Shown: positions 24,555-37,810 of the stretch, piece after piece | Position numbering within the stretch: position 1 is the first letter of the stretch | Layout of the letters: each line of letters opens with the position of its first letter | Assembly: GCF_046119375.1 (NCBI RefSeq) | Contig: NW_027362763.1 | Span: 322,896,001-322,960,000, forward strand | Source: Phyllobates terribilis | Lineage: Eukaryota | Length of the DNA: 64,000 nt | Reading direction: 5' to 3' | The notes under the pieces: generated by a model | Told to the model about the DNA's origin: nothing | Database searches by the model: none | What the model saw: the letters and a program-made list of their open reading frames with translations, nothing else | Translations under genes and position numbers: made by a program

Positions 24555-27500
24555 TTAATAGGTCTCTGTACACATTCTGGGGGATATATAACGTCCCTCG
24601 TATACGATCCCGGTCACTGCCTCACATATCCCCCCCCTCTGTTCAAACTTGTGGGGTTGAACATTTGCCACCATACAGGGTGCCCGGGACAGGGCATCCG
24701 CGTTTGCTTGCAACTTCCCAGGGCGATGTTCTACAGAGAAACTGAAATTTTGCAGAGACAGGAACCACCTGGTGACTCGCGCATTCCTCTCCTTGGCATT
24801 GCTCATCCATACCAAGGGTGAGTGGTCCGTCACCAAGCGGAACTGACGCCCGAGTAAATAATAACGTAGTGATTCCAAGGCCCACTTAATAGCCAAACAC
24901 TCCTTCTCTACCACGCTATAGTTTTTCTCTGCCGGGACAAGTTTTCTACTCAAGTAGGTGACCGGGTGCTCTTCACCATTCACTTTTTGTGACAATACCG
25001 CCCCTAGGCCTACCTCCGAGGCATCTGTCTGTACAATGAAGGTTTCCTTGAAGTTGGGGCTCATGAGGACCGGCTGTCCACACAGAGCCAACTTCATGGA
25101 CTGAAAAGCTTCTTCTGCCTGAGGGTTCCACCGAACCATTACCGATTTTTTTCCCTTCAAGAGATCGGTCAGGGCCGCCGTTCGCCCAGCAAAATTAGGT
25201 ATAAACCGGCGGTAATACCCAAGGATGCCAAGGAACGCCCTCACCTGTTTTGTACTTGACGGTTTAGGCCAGTTTTTTATAGCCTCAACTTTATTGATTT
25301 GGGGCTTGATAGCTCCTCGGCCTATCACATACCCCAAATATCGGGCTTCCTCTAGCCCTATCGCACATTTTTTGGGGTTTGCCGTTAACCCTGCGGCTCT
25401 GAGAGAATCCAGCACTGCCTGTACCTGTGATAGGTGCGTATGCCAGTTGGTGCTAAAGATGATAATATCATCTAGATACGCGGACGCGTACTCCTGATGA
25501 GGCTTGAGCATTATGTCTATCAACCTCTGAAATGTAGCCGGGGCCCCATGTAACCCAAAAGGTAAGACCACATAGTGGTATAGACCCTTTGGAGTTACGA
25601 AGGCGGTCTTTTCCTTCGCCGAATCTGTGAGGGGTACCTGCCAGTAACCCTTGGTGAGATCGAGCGTGGTAAAGTACTGGGCCTGACCCAGTCTCTCAAT
25701 CAGCTCGTCCACCCGGGGCATTGGATAAAGGTCGAACTTTGACACTTCATTTAATTTCCGGAAATCGTTACAGAAGCGTAATGGTCCGTCTGGTTTTGGA
25801 ATCAGTACGATGGGGCTAGCCCACTCACTCCGTGATTCCTCTATGACGCCTAACTGAAGCATTTGTTTTACCTCAGCCGTGATGGCTTGCCTCCGAGCCT
25901 CAGGTACCCGGTACGGTCTTATTCGTACCTGTACCCCAGGTTCGGTGACAATGTCATGTTGGATAACCGTAGTCCTACCTGGTAGCTCTGAGAACACGTC
26001 GGTATTGTGCTGCACCAGCGAGCGAGCCTCCCGTCGCTGCTGTTTCGTGAGGGCATCACTTATCCTGACCTCCCCCTCGGATGCTTCCCTGGCTGAAGGT
26101 GGAGAATTCTCTGGTGATATGCCCGGGGTGACGTCTGTAACTAAACACTCTCGATCTTTCCAATGCTTTAGCAGGTTTACATGGTAAAGCTGCTCAGGTT
26201 TCCTCCTTCCGGGCTGATACACCCGGTAATTTACCTCCCCCACTTTTTCTCGAATCTCATATGGTCCTTGCCACTTGGCCATGAACTTACTCTCGGCTGT
26301 GGGTACCAGTACTAACACCCGATCACCCTTGTTAAAAGTTCTGACTCTGGCTCTTTTATTATATGTGCGCCTCTGAGCTGCCTGGGCATCTAACAGATGC
26401 TCTTTCACGATGGGCATGACCGTCGCGATCCGGTCCTGCATACTAGCCACATGTTCAATTATACTCCTATGCGGAGTTGGCTCTTGTTACCATGTCTCTT
26501 TGGCTACGTCCAACAGACCCCTAGGGTGTCTGCCGTACAATAACTCAAAGGGAGAGAACCCTGTGGAAGCCTGGGGTACCTCACGAACGGCGAACATCAA
26601 ATAGGGTAACAACATGTCCCAATCCCTTCCATCCTTAGAAACCACCCTTTTTAACATGGACTTGAGGGTTTTATTGAACCGTTCTACTAGCCCGTCGGTT
26701 TGAGGGTGGTACACCGAGGTGCGCAATTGTTTAATTTTTAGCAATTTGCATAGTTCCTTTGTCACTTTGGACATAAAGGGGGTCCTCTGATCCATCAGGA
26801 TCTCCTTGGGTAGTCCAAGGCGACAGAACATGGCAAACAGCTCCCGTGCAATCAGTTTTGCCGAGGTGTGGCATAGTGGTATAGCTTCCGGGTACCGAGT
26901 GGCATAGTCGACGACTACCAGTATATGTTGGTGTCCACGGGCGGATTTTACAATGGGTCCAACCAAATCCATTGCAATCCGTTCAAAAGGCACCTCTATC
27001 ACTGGCAGAGGTACCAATGGGCTACAGAAACTTGCAGTGGGTGTGGTCAACTGACAATCGGGGCAGGATTCGCAGTACCTTTTGACCTCCGCGTAAACCC
27101 CAGGCCAAAAGAACCGCTGCAAGATACGTTCTAGCGTCTTTTTTACCCCTAAGTGTCCACCCAGCAGGTGTGAGTGTGCCATCTCGAGAATCGCCCGACG
27201 GTACGACTGAAGTGCCACTAACTGATCCACAACCTCGTCCCTTATCTTATCTATCCTATAGAGCAATTCACTGTTGATTATCATGCGTGGAAATACAGTA
27301 TCGGCACCGGGCTGTTGAGCTACGCCACTTACCTCTAACACCCTTTCCCGCGCCTGAGCCAGGGTGGGATCCTGTAGCTGAGCCGTCCCAAACGTGGCCC
27401 GGGACACTTCCAGCTCGGGGATCGATGGGATCTCCTCGACCTCTCCTGCCAGCACCTCTAAGGGAAACCTATCGGGGTCACACTCTGTCCCTAGGTTGGA

Positions 27501-28013
27501 CACCCCTACAGCAGGTTCCCCTGACTCTGTTTCGTCGGGTACAATGCCTGTAATACATTTTACCGGGGGAGAGTGGATTTTGTTTTTCCACAGAGTCCAG
27601 AAGAGGGGCAAGTCTCTTCCCAACACAGTCCCATAGGGAAGAGTTTTTACCACCCCTACCACATGTTTTATTTCTCCACACGGCGTGGACAGGACTACCT
27701 CCTCAGTTGGGTACTCTCGAAGGTCCCCATGGATACACACAACCCCAACGGGCCGTTCACCGGGGTTGTCTCCTGCCACCAATGACCCATGTACCAAAGT
27801 CACAAGGCTCCCTGAGTCCAGGAGGGCCTCCGTGGGGTACCCATTAACCAGTACCTGGCATAGTTGGAGTTCACTGTCCCGGGATTCGGCGCTCGCTGTG
27901 CAGACGGTCTGGGCGTACATTGAGACCCGGCGGTTATATCCGCAGTCCATGGGTTCCGTAGTCAGGGGACAATTAGCAATCACATGTCCCAGCCCCTGAC
28001 ACCGCCAGCACCT
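24555..28013 (-). pseudogene. Pol (protease, integrase, reverse transcriptase, RNase H) with one in-frame stop
   Basis: LLDSGS; HSHLLGGHLG...CPDC; MDLVGP, VVVDYATRYP, QTDGLVERFN; then RFCNDFRKLN, YLDDII, TDASEVGLGAVL, NADALSR. A TAA at 26489-26487 separates two in-frame ORFs. Confidence 0.93.
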
Positions 28014-28092
28014 AAGGGTGGTGGCACTGTTAGGTCTTATGACAGTTTGGGAGGGAATCGGTCTCCTGCCAGTCTCACTCCGGGGTTCCCCT

Positions 28093-28869
28093 TCAGCACG
28101 GGTACGGTGCTGACTGTCCCCAGCAGAGGGACGCGACCCCTTTCCCGACTCCTGGGTTGGCAGGGATCGGCGTGACAGCCGAGAGGGGGCGGAGTCTCGA
28201 ATGAAGACCTGAGTAGCGCTTGACCAAACTGACCACCTGGTCGAGGGTGCCGGGGTCCCCTTGCCCCACCCAATGTTGGATAGCGACTGGCAGAGTCCTC
28301 ACCAGCCGGTCAACCACCACCCTCTCCACTATCTGGGCTGGGGACAAAGTCTCAGGTTGGAGCCACCTCTTTACCAGCTGCAGGAGGTCATAAGCCTGAG
28401 ACCGGGCAGGTCGGGTCTCCACATAGGCCCACGAAAACATACGCTGAGCCCTCACGTATGTATTGACCCCCAGCCGGGCAAGGATCTCACCTTTGAGCCT
28501 CTGGTAGTCCCGGGCGTCCTCCTGACTGAGGTCGAAACAGGCCTTCTGGGCATCGCCAACCAAAAACGGAGCCACCACTTCCGCCCACTGGTCGGCTGGC
28601 AGGTTTTCCCGCTCTGCTGTGCATTCGTAGATGGTAAGGAAGGCTTCCACGTCGTCCTCCGGTCCCATCTTCCTCAACGCTGAGCGAACCTTGACCCGGG
28701 CGTCTCGACGTTCCGGGGCTGATGCCGTCGGCATCTCCCGCAGGGCAGCAATCTGTTGCATCATCAGTTCATTTGTTTTTTGCTGCTGCTGGTACAGTAG
28801 CTGCTGAGACTGCATCTGCTGCTGCTGGGTGAGTACCAGCTGCTTAAACAGCTCCTCCATTTTGTCCAT
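28093..28869 (-). pseudogene. Gag with SCAN-like capsid domain, frameshifted before the zinc knuckle
   Basis: ATG 28869 (MDKMEELFKQL); EDDVEAFL...RWLQPE...QIVERVVVDRLVRTLP. The knuckle CWRCQGLGHVIANC lies in the pol frame at ~28010-27970. Confidence 0.85.
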
Positions 28870-28939
28870 GGGGTGGAACTGAAAGGTGGCAGGCCGAATT
28901 GTGGTCATGCAGCGGCCGGTGGGGTATGCCTCAGTCACT

Positions 28940-28958
28940 ATGCCCGCATTCTCCACCA
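28940..28958 (-). promoter_or_regulatory. Primer-binding site complementary to the tRNA-Ala 3' end
   Basis: Plus strand ATGCCCGCATTCTCCACCA equals the 3' end of vertebrate tRNA-Ala(AGC) as recalled; 3 nt from the 5' LTR. Confidence 0.85.
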
Positions 28959-31055
28959 AGCTGTAAGGCGGCGGTGTTCACGCCATGCAGTAACTGAGGC
29001 AGTGACCCAAGCAAGTCCAACATAAACAGCTTTTATTTCAGCAACTCACGGGTTAACAGAAAGTCCTCCGGTTCGCAGCCGGGTTACCAGAAAGTCCATA
29101 CACAATGGTTGCTGGGGACAATGGCCACACCGGGCCGCTCAGAGCATGACAGGTGCAGAGCCTTCCCAGGCAGTGGTTCAGCCACACTCAGTCCAGCAGA
29201 GCTAACCTCCTGTGCTCCAAGCAGGTTGCAACATAGAACAACACTAATAGTTAGAGCAGGAGTTTTAAAGGACCTGTGGCAAGAGCCACTGGAAAACCCG
29301 GGTTGGAGGGAGGAGGCCGCCCCACTGCCTCCTGTGATCTCCTCCAAGAAATGAAGGCCCTGCCGGGTTTTACTTAATCTGCCTTAGCCAGGTAGTCTGA
29401 CCAGGTCATTGCTTACTTTCATTCCTGCATTGCAGCCACAGCTGTGTGTGTGACTGCAATGCACTCCAATGGATTTAATATTTCTCTGTACACATTCTGG
29501 GAGATATATAACGTCCCTCGTATACGATCCCGGTCACTGCCTCACACTGCATACGGAATTACTGTATAGCAGAACTGATCCTTTATAATTGGAACATGTT
29601 GTTATGGAGGTCCTCCTCTATGTCTCTTCAAAGGGGTATTGGGGTGCATCCAAATTTTTGGCAGCCCTTGCAGTCACTGCATACACAATAATAGTTTAGG
29701 AGACCTACTCTTTAATAATGGGAACAACAAAGCATAGCCGGCTGATGGCCCTCTAACAATAGTGAGGGCCGACTGCTAATGGCCCTTTAAGAATAGTATG
29801 GGCCGTCTGATGGCCCTATAAAATAGACTTTGTGACTTTCAGAGTCCCTCCTTCATAAATAAAACAGGATGTGTCTGATTATGTCTCACACACTATATGG
29901 CCAGATAAGGTAGTAAAATGTTAAAATTACATTTACTGGTAAATTTATTTTTCACCATTGAAAGCAATGCAAAAGTGCAAAAATGCATCAAAATCGCTAC
30001 GAATCAACATTGCCCAAGGTGTGGAGGAGCATTTTTGTTTTTAGTTATTCATTTTGCCTATACAAGTCATTACCCTGGAAAGGATGTTCCTTAACATATT
30101 TACCAGGAAAATCCATTTTGGTTTCATTTTTGTATGTTTTATTGTGAGTCCGTAAAAGTGGCAGAATACTCTGACAACATTGTTCAAAGCAGTGGCCTGG
30201 GAGTCAGAGATGCTTCTAAGGCTCTTTGTCATGAAGTTCCAATGTAATTTGAGAGCTGTTCCCATCGATTTGGGCAATTTTTAGGCCCCCTGCAGATTTC
30301 TGGGGGGGCTGCCGGAAAAATGCTCGAGTTTCCTATAGACTTACATTGGGCTCATTGCTCGGATCGAGCATTCCAATTTGCTCGACTCAAGCAATGAGCA
30401 CCCGAGCATTTTAGTGCTGGCTCATCACTAATAGAGACCTATTTAGGTATATAAAGTATAAATATTTATTGCATACAGTATATAAAAAAAGCAAAATATA
30501 GTTTTTGTCAATAAAATATAAATAGTAGTGGATCAATGTGAGTAAACAAAAAGAGACCAAGATGAAAAAAATATAATTAGCAAGTAATTGGTAGCAAAAA
30601 ATGAATGTAAACATAGTTATATGTCGCTAACAGTAAAAAATGCACAGAATATTTACTTCAAGGAAATAAAGGTAATGATGTGGTAAGACCACTTAGTGGC
30701 CCCCACACAAAGGCACAAGGCTTATATAGCTAACACATAACCCAATGAAATATAATGAAAAAAAAACAGCAGTAGAGAGAAGGCGCCTGCCCCTCATGGG
30801 CCCGATTTTTGCAGTTTTGATCCTCTACAACTGATGGGAAGCCCCCCTAGGAATCCCACACTAAACACGTGCTGGGCTGCAGACACATGCAGGGACACAC
30901 CACTCTACAGTATGGGTAAGCACTTGTCACTTTACACGTATACATGGTTTTCCTTCTCTTTATTGCTGCTTTTGCTTTTGCACTGGGTTATGTGATAGCT
31001 ATATGAGCCTTGTACCTTTCTGTGGGGGCCACCTTGTGGTCACACACATCATTGC

Positions 31056-31424
31056 TAGTGATGAGCGAACGTGCTCGCCACTGCTCAGTACTCGCCCGAG
31101 CATCACTGTGCTCGACAAGCTCAGCGCTCGGCAAGTATTTCTGGGTTGCTCGGGCGGGAACTCGGGTAACCTCCCAGCCAGTTTGGCACTCTTTAAAGAG
31201 CCAATGAACATGCAGGGATTGCCTGCCATGCACTGTAATGCCGTAGCCATGTTGATTTTGGGCATTACAGTGCTTGACTGGCTGCACAGCATCATCAGGT
31301 ATATAGTATACAAGACCGGGCGCCACCATGCTTGTCACAGTCTACTCCGGAACCAGACAGAGTAGGGAGAGCTGCTGCTGCATCATGGAGAGATTTGCTT
31401 TTTCATAGTTAGTATAAATATTCC

Positions 31425-31463
<39 letters not shown>

Positions 31464-34400
31464 AAACTAACAGTTCTTCTGAAAACTAATCGAGCTGAAT
31501 ATATTCAGTGGTGATAGCAGGAATTAGGCAGGCAGGCAGTGCATGTGGCAGACTGCAGTGCATACAGTGCAGCAGGGTCCATTGAACGTTCCTGCTGCTG
31601 TTCTTACAGATATTTGTAGACATAGCCACAGATATCAGGGCCAAGGAATTTTTTTTAATCTTAATCCTGGTTAATTTGCTTAAAAAGCAATCCAGAGTAC
31701 ACCAGACAGTACTACCTGCACAATTGTCATAGCGTGTTATGCGTGGATAGCCCAAAGACAGGGAGGAGGAAGAGGAGGAGGAGGAGGATGAGAAGGAGAG
31801 CATGGTCAGTCATCCTCTTGGTGAGGACACGGAAGTCTTGCCTGCTAGTAGTCTGGCACACAAGGCTGAGTGTATGTTACGCTGCCTTTCCTGTGACCCT
31901 CGCATTGTCAAAATTTTGGGTGACAGTCGCTACTGGTTGGTGACACTTCTAGACCCACAGTACAAGGAGAACTTTCTGTCTCTTATTCCCTTGCAGGACA
32001 GGCCTAATAAAATGGTGCAGTGTTGAGCGAGCACTAAAATGCTCGGGTGCTCTAAGCTCGGGCCGAGCTCACCGTGATACTCGGGTGCTCGACCCGAGGA
32101 ACGAGCCCAATGTTAGTCGACCCGAGCATTTTTGCGGCGGCACCCCCGGCAGTCTGTAGAAAGCCTAAAAAGTGCCTAAAACTATAGTGCCAGTGCTCAA
32201 ATGACATGGGGACTGCATGGGGAATGCCCCAGGAAGCATTTCTGACCCCCAGGTCACTGCTGTCAACAACGTGGTCAGAGGTATTAAGCCACTTTTACGG
32301 GCTCACAATAAAACATTCAAAAACGAAACTGAAATTGTTTTCCTGTGAAATATGTTAAGGAACATCATTTCCAGGGTAAAGACTTGTGTGTAAGGTAAAA
32401 TAAATAACCAAAAACAAAAATACCCCTCCACACCTTGGGCTATGTTCACAAGTACCATTTTTTATGTGTTTTTGCACTTTTGTATTGCTTTCAACCGTGA
32501 CAAATGCATTCACCGGGAAATGTCATTTTAACATTTTACAACCTTATCTGGCCATGGGCTGTGTGACACATACATACAGTGCTGAAAAGACATGGGAACA
32601 GCATGGGGAAGACCCCTGGAAGCATCTCTGACACCCAGGTCACTGCCTAAAAGTGTGCCCATCAGATGTGGTATAACCACTGCGTCTCCTATACAGCCTA
32701 CCTGCCTGACATCTGGGATGGACATTAGTACTCAGAAGGACTGTTTGTTTGATTTTGCAGGCTTTAGAGACCCTACACTACCTATTTCGCAGTTTAAATC
32801 TCTCCCTAGCTCAGCAGCACTCTCCCTACACTGTCTGATTCGGAGCGACTGTGTCCAAGATGGCGGCGCCCGGTTTTAAATACTCGAGGTGACTGGCTGG
32901 CAATCCCTGAATGTTCATTAGCTCTGTAAAGAGCGCCAAACATGCAGGGCGGAGACCCGAGCTCCCGCCCGAGTAACCCGAAAATGCTCGGTGCTCACCG
33001 AACATCCCGAGTAGTGAGATGCTCGGGTGAGTACCGAGCAGTGTCGAGCATGCTTGCTCAACACTAGTAATTATTTAAAAAATTCCCATCTGAAAACGCT
33101 GGAGTACAGGTGAGAGAGACACAAATGGAATCGAGCAGAGGCAGAGGAACACTGTCAAAGTTCTGGGACAATTTTTTCAGACCCTCCCATCGCACAAGCC
33201 CTGAGGCGCGGGGTACTCTCTCAAGGAAGGAAAAGTTTCAGAAGATGGTGAGGGAGTACCTTGCCGACCGTACCAACCTCCTCCGTGATTCCTCTGTGCC
33301 TTATAATTATTGGGTATCCAAGCTGGACACGTGGCATGAACTGGCTCTCTACGCCTTGGAGGTCCTGGCCTGCCCTCCCAATAGCGCTTTGTCAGAGCGA
33401 GTTTTTAGCGCCGCCGGTGGAATTATAACTGATAAGCACATCCACCTGTCAACTGAAAATTCTCACTCTTATGAAAATGAACAAGGGCTGGATTGGGCCT
33501 GACTTCTCAACACCACCGAATGATAGCAGCGTAACATAAACTCAAATACAGTGTCTTTTTTTTGGGATGTCTAACTCTATTCCCATGCACCTCTGTCTCC
33601 ACACCCAGACATGGGTATACACTTCCTGATTTTGTCTATTTGCTCTTGTTCTCCACCTTCTCCGCATCCTCATCCTCCACCACCATAACACCACGATATG
33701 TACCATATCAACATATCTACATCTCTTGCAAAGGACATTGGGTTACCTCCAAATTTTTGGCAGCCATAGCTTCATTGCATAGGCAAACAGTATGGAAGAC
33801 ACACTTCCTAATAATGGGAACATTGTTTTCAGGAGGCCCTCCGACCTCTATGTCTATTGCAAGGGGCATTGGAGTTCCTCCAAATTTTTTGGCAGCCATT
33901 GCTTCATTGCATAGGCTATCAGTATGGAAGACACACTTCCTAATAATGGGAACATTGTTTTCAGGAGGTCCTCCGACCTCTACGTCTCTTGCAAGGGGCA
34001 TTGGAGTTCCTCCAAATTTTTTGGCAGCCGTTGCTTTACTGCATAGGCAAACAGTTTGGGAAGCACACTTCCTTATAATGGGAACATTGTTTTCAGGAGG
34101 CCATCTGACCTCTACATCTCTTGCACGGGGCATTGGAGTTCCTCCTAATTTTTGGCAGCCATTGTAATCACTGCATACGCAATAACAGTATAGGAGACCC
34201 ACTCGTTAATAATGGGAACAATAAAGCATAGTCCTTTAAGAATAGTAAGGGCCACCTGATGGCCCTATAAAAATAGTCTTTGTGACTTTCAGAGTCCCTC
34301 CATCATAAATGAAACAGGATGTGTCTGATGATGTGTTACACACCACATCACCAGATAAGGTAGTAAAATGTTAAAATTGCATTTACTGGTAAATGTTTTT

Positions 34401-34892
34401 TCACTGTTGAAAGCCATGCAAAAGTGCAAAAATACATCAAAAACGCTACATGTGAACATAGCCCAAGGTACGGAGGAGCATTTTTGTTTTTGGTTATTTA
34501 TTTTGCTTGATATACAAGTCATTACCCTGGAAAGGATGTTCCTTAACATTTTTCCCAGGAAAATGCATTTTGGTTTCATTTTTGTATGTTTTATTGTGAC
34601 TCCGTAAAATTGGCGTAATACCTCTGACAACGTTGTTGAGAGCAGTGACTTGGGAGTCAGAAATACTTCCAGGGGTCTTCCCCATGCTGTTCCCATGTCA
34701 TTTGAGCACTGTTCCCATCGATTTGGGCAATTTTTAGGACCTCTGCAAACTGCCATGGGGAACCTCCGGAAAAATGCTTGAATTTCCCATAGACTTACAT
34801 TGGGCTGTTTACGGGGTCCGAGCACTCGAGCATTCCAATCTTCTCGACTCGAACAAAGAGTACCCGAGCATTTTAGTGGTCGCTCATCACTA
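31056..34892 (+). mobile_element. hAT transposon, related copy 2, internally deleted
   Basis: TIRs TAGTGATGAGCG / CGCTCATCACTA, TSD ATCATTGC / ATCATTAC. Transposase 3' relics at 31760-32020 and 33067-33502 (YWVSKLDTWHELALYALEVLACPPNSALSERVFSAAG); ~132-bp minisatellite at ~33720-34230. Confidence 0.9.
32018..33066 (-). mobile_element. Inverted non-autonomous hAT-related element inside copy 2
   Basis: Ends CAGTGTTGAGCG / GCTCAACACTA; the left part is the reverse complement of the family right end (GAGCACTAAAATGCTCGGGTGC). No TSD. Confidence 0.75.
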
Positions 34893-37810
34893 ATCATTAC
34901 CTTTATTTCTCTGAAACATATAATCTGTGCGGTTTTTTTACTGTTAGCGACACTTAACTATGTTTACATTCCTTTTTACTACTCAATTATTTGCTGATTA
35001 TATTTTTTGTTCTTTGTGCTGTCTCTTTTTTTGTCTTCACCATTGATCCACTACTATATATATTTTATTGTCAAAAATTATATTTGGCCTATTTTTTTAT
35101 ATATGTAATAAAAATGTATATGTTTTATACTTATATAGGTCTCTATCATTATTTCTTAGTTTCTTGGGGTTATTCACTCCTCTTTTTCAATTACGAATTC
35201 CTTCGTAATTCAAGAGTTATGGTTCCTTTATTGTTTTGGTGTTTTTAAGTTTTATGTCTTGATAATGGACTAAATTAGAATCATAATAAATTGGAGAGCT
35301 TATCAAAAGTCACAGAAAGGTAGGACACATCTGTACAACACAACATGAAAAATAATACTTCAAAAAATGCCATATGTTGTAACAACAGTTGTAAGAACAG
35401 TTTTTTTCCACTTCACCTCTTTTACATCCTTTCACTAAACTACACTATATACATACAGTTTACAAATATACTGTATATATATATATATATATATATTGTA
35501 TGTATGAAAATTGTCAGCACTCCCATTTCAAAGAAGTGAAAAAAAGTCATAAACACTATATTTATAAACAGAACTGGAAGAGGCATGGCTATGGACCACG
35601 GATATGGCACATTATCTAGATTTCTAGGGATAATGGTGCCTTGTCTCTCTTGCTGAGCATTAGGAAGCTAATGATATATTTAATTCACTTATGTGGACAA
35701 ATTGATAGCGGAAAATTTGCCACGCATATGTCCATTTTCCTTTCCCTTCAACAATCCTATATCCATTTTTAACTATTTTTTCAACTAAATTAAATTATCT
35801 AGTGAATATCCTTCTTCTTGTTAGATATTCCCTATTCTGTCACATTTGAACATAAGCTGCAATATCTTTGTGTGCTTGCTAGAGGGCGATGCACACAACA
35901 TGATCCTATATATGCCTTTTGATATGTATCACAAGTGGTGTGGTTGTGGTTTTTTCCATAACTAATATGGCACCTTTAGGATCTGGAAGCATACTGAGCA
36001 GGCATGCATTGTGGAATGTGCTCTGTGTGCAAGTCATATACCCTGATTTTTTGCAGTTAACTATTCTGGTCTCGACATGCACAGTAGATACAAGAAGATG
36101 ACAGTAATTGCATCTTTCACAAATATTTAGGAATATAATACATAGCCTATGAGCAGTTTTTCCATCAGGGCATTACTGCCATTACTAGTTTATGGGGCCT
36201 AGTGAGCAAAAGCAAAGAGGGAGGGCCCGGACTGGGTGAGACACGCTGCGCAGCTTACGCTGAGGCAGCACAGCCAAGCCACTGTATAGAAGACCTGGCA
36301 TCTATACGTGGCATGCTGGGACTTGGGCTAATTACTTTACTTTGGTTTATTAAGCCCTGGGGCTTCAGTCATTCACAGCTGCAAATACTTACATTGTATG
36401 TGACTCGCCCCCTGGGCCAGTGCTGTAGTGCGGCGCGCGTGCGCGCGGGGGATACCCGGAGCCGGATCCGATGGGGGTAGTAGTCTTCGTGTGGCGGTGA
36501 CCCGGTCCGCGCCCAGGGTGGTCAAACTAAGTGGCGGTTATTGGTATGATGGTATTAGTGTCCGACTACGCCACCCGTTGAATGCGGTTATGAAACCGCC
36601 GCTGCAGGGCAGACCGCTGAGGCCGGTGGTATAGGTGTGCAGCAATGTTGATATAACCCCCAACGGGAGAGGTATGGCCTCAGGGCAGCGGATGTGGATG
36701 ATGTTGGGAGTGATGGTGTGGATGTCCCAGCACTAACGGTGCGACAAGGAAGCACGGAAACGCGAGGGTACAGTTCAGGGCCTTTACTGATGGTACAAGG
36801 CAAATTCCCCTGGGAGTACTGGCTAGTAGTTGGGGCCTGGTTAGTCTGCGAGTAAGCCGGAGTTCCCCTGGCCAGGTGGAGTTGTAGGCCTTCCCGTTAG
36901 TCTGTACCCTTCCTGGCTACCCTGCTTTCGGCGGTTACAAGTAGCCCACGTCCCTGGGTATACCGTGTGGTGCTCACCCGTATGGCTGGTGACCTGGGGC
37001 CTCCTGTTAGCCTCCGCTCCGGGATGGCGGTGCTGGTCCCTTCGTTGTGACTGAGCCTCCGGGCTTTTATGGCCAGAGGACCTGGAATCCCCTGCCGGAT
37101 GGATTCTGCTGCTGGGTATATCTTAGTCCCCACAGCCTCGGACTCCTGTGTCCGATTTTAGTACCTTCTCCCAGGGCGAGCTCTGCACAGCTCCAGCCCC
37201 TGGCGCTTCTCCTTGGCTCCTACAGAGCTCCTGATGTCTATCTATCCCTGTTTCTGCGTGTCCAGACCAGACTCCGTCTCTGTCTGGAACTCCTCTCTCT
37301 AACCCTGCCTCAGCCCCAGTTTATGTAGGGGAAGTTCTTCCCCTCCCAGGACTGGGCAGGAGGTGTGGTATGCTTAGGATTCCTGCCCAGGAGACCTCCC
37401 ACCTGCTCACAGACGTAATACTGCTATTACTGTGGAAACCAGACCCCTGGGGTGCCACATTCCCCCCTAGTGAAATTTAGTACTCCCGGACTAAACATAA
37501 CAGGGTATAAACAATAACAATTAAATACATGAGATGGTCACGGCGTGTCCGTAACCGGGAAGCAATAAGGGTGTCCATTTCACCAAAGAACAGGGAGCCG
37601 TAACCAGGTAGGGGTCTGTCCTGCCCCGAGTCTTTAACAGTCTTTAGTCCTTTCCTGGGTTACGCTCCAAACATATTTACAACAGAGTTCCGGTTACTCA
37701 CTGTCCATAACCTGTCAGTCCATATAAAGAAATCTGTAACTGAAAAACATAATTAGCAATGGCTACAACAAAAACAGGTAAACATAAAATAGTTAAAGCA
37801 ACTAGCCAAC

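Larger units (their letters stand above)
24042..29546 (-). mobile_element. Gmr1-like Ty3/gypsy LTR retrotransposon (PR-IN-RT-RH order)
   Basis: 585-bp LTRs 24042-24626 and 28962-29546 (TG...CA), TSD CTGC, PPT AGAGGGGGGG beside the 3' LTR, tRNA-Ala PBS. Confidence 0.97.
22790..29730. repeat. ~130-bp minisatellite (~12 units, some ~115 bp) inside the hAT, split by the Gmr1-like insertion
   Basis: Unit starts at 22790, 22920, 23050, 23180, 23310, 23441, 23571, 23686, 23816 and 23930; the array resumes at 29547. Confidence 0.93.
16642..30430 (+). mobile_element. hAT (Ac/ZBED-like) transposon, copy 1, 13.8 kb including nested Tc1 and LTR insertions
   Basis: TIRs TAGTGATGAGC / GCTCATCACTA with an exact 8-bp TSD ATAGAGAC (16634-16641 and 30431-30438). 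Confidence 0.92.

Noticed and set aside
33562-34202. 201-aa and 161-aa ORFs with 44-aa repeats
   Set aside because: The ~132-bp hAT minisatellite is open by chance because its length is a multiple of 3.
36399-36400. Alternative LTR start TGTGAC at 36399
   Set aside because: A start at 36401 gives equal 1059-bp LTRs and an exact TATG TSD; 36399 gives neither.
37460-37810. Possible env or extra ORF downstream of pol
   Set aside because: Only ~350 bp of AT-rich UTR; no env-like ORF in any of the three LTR elements.
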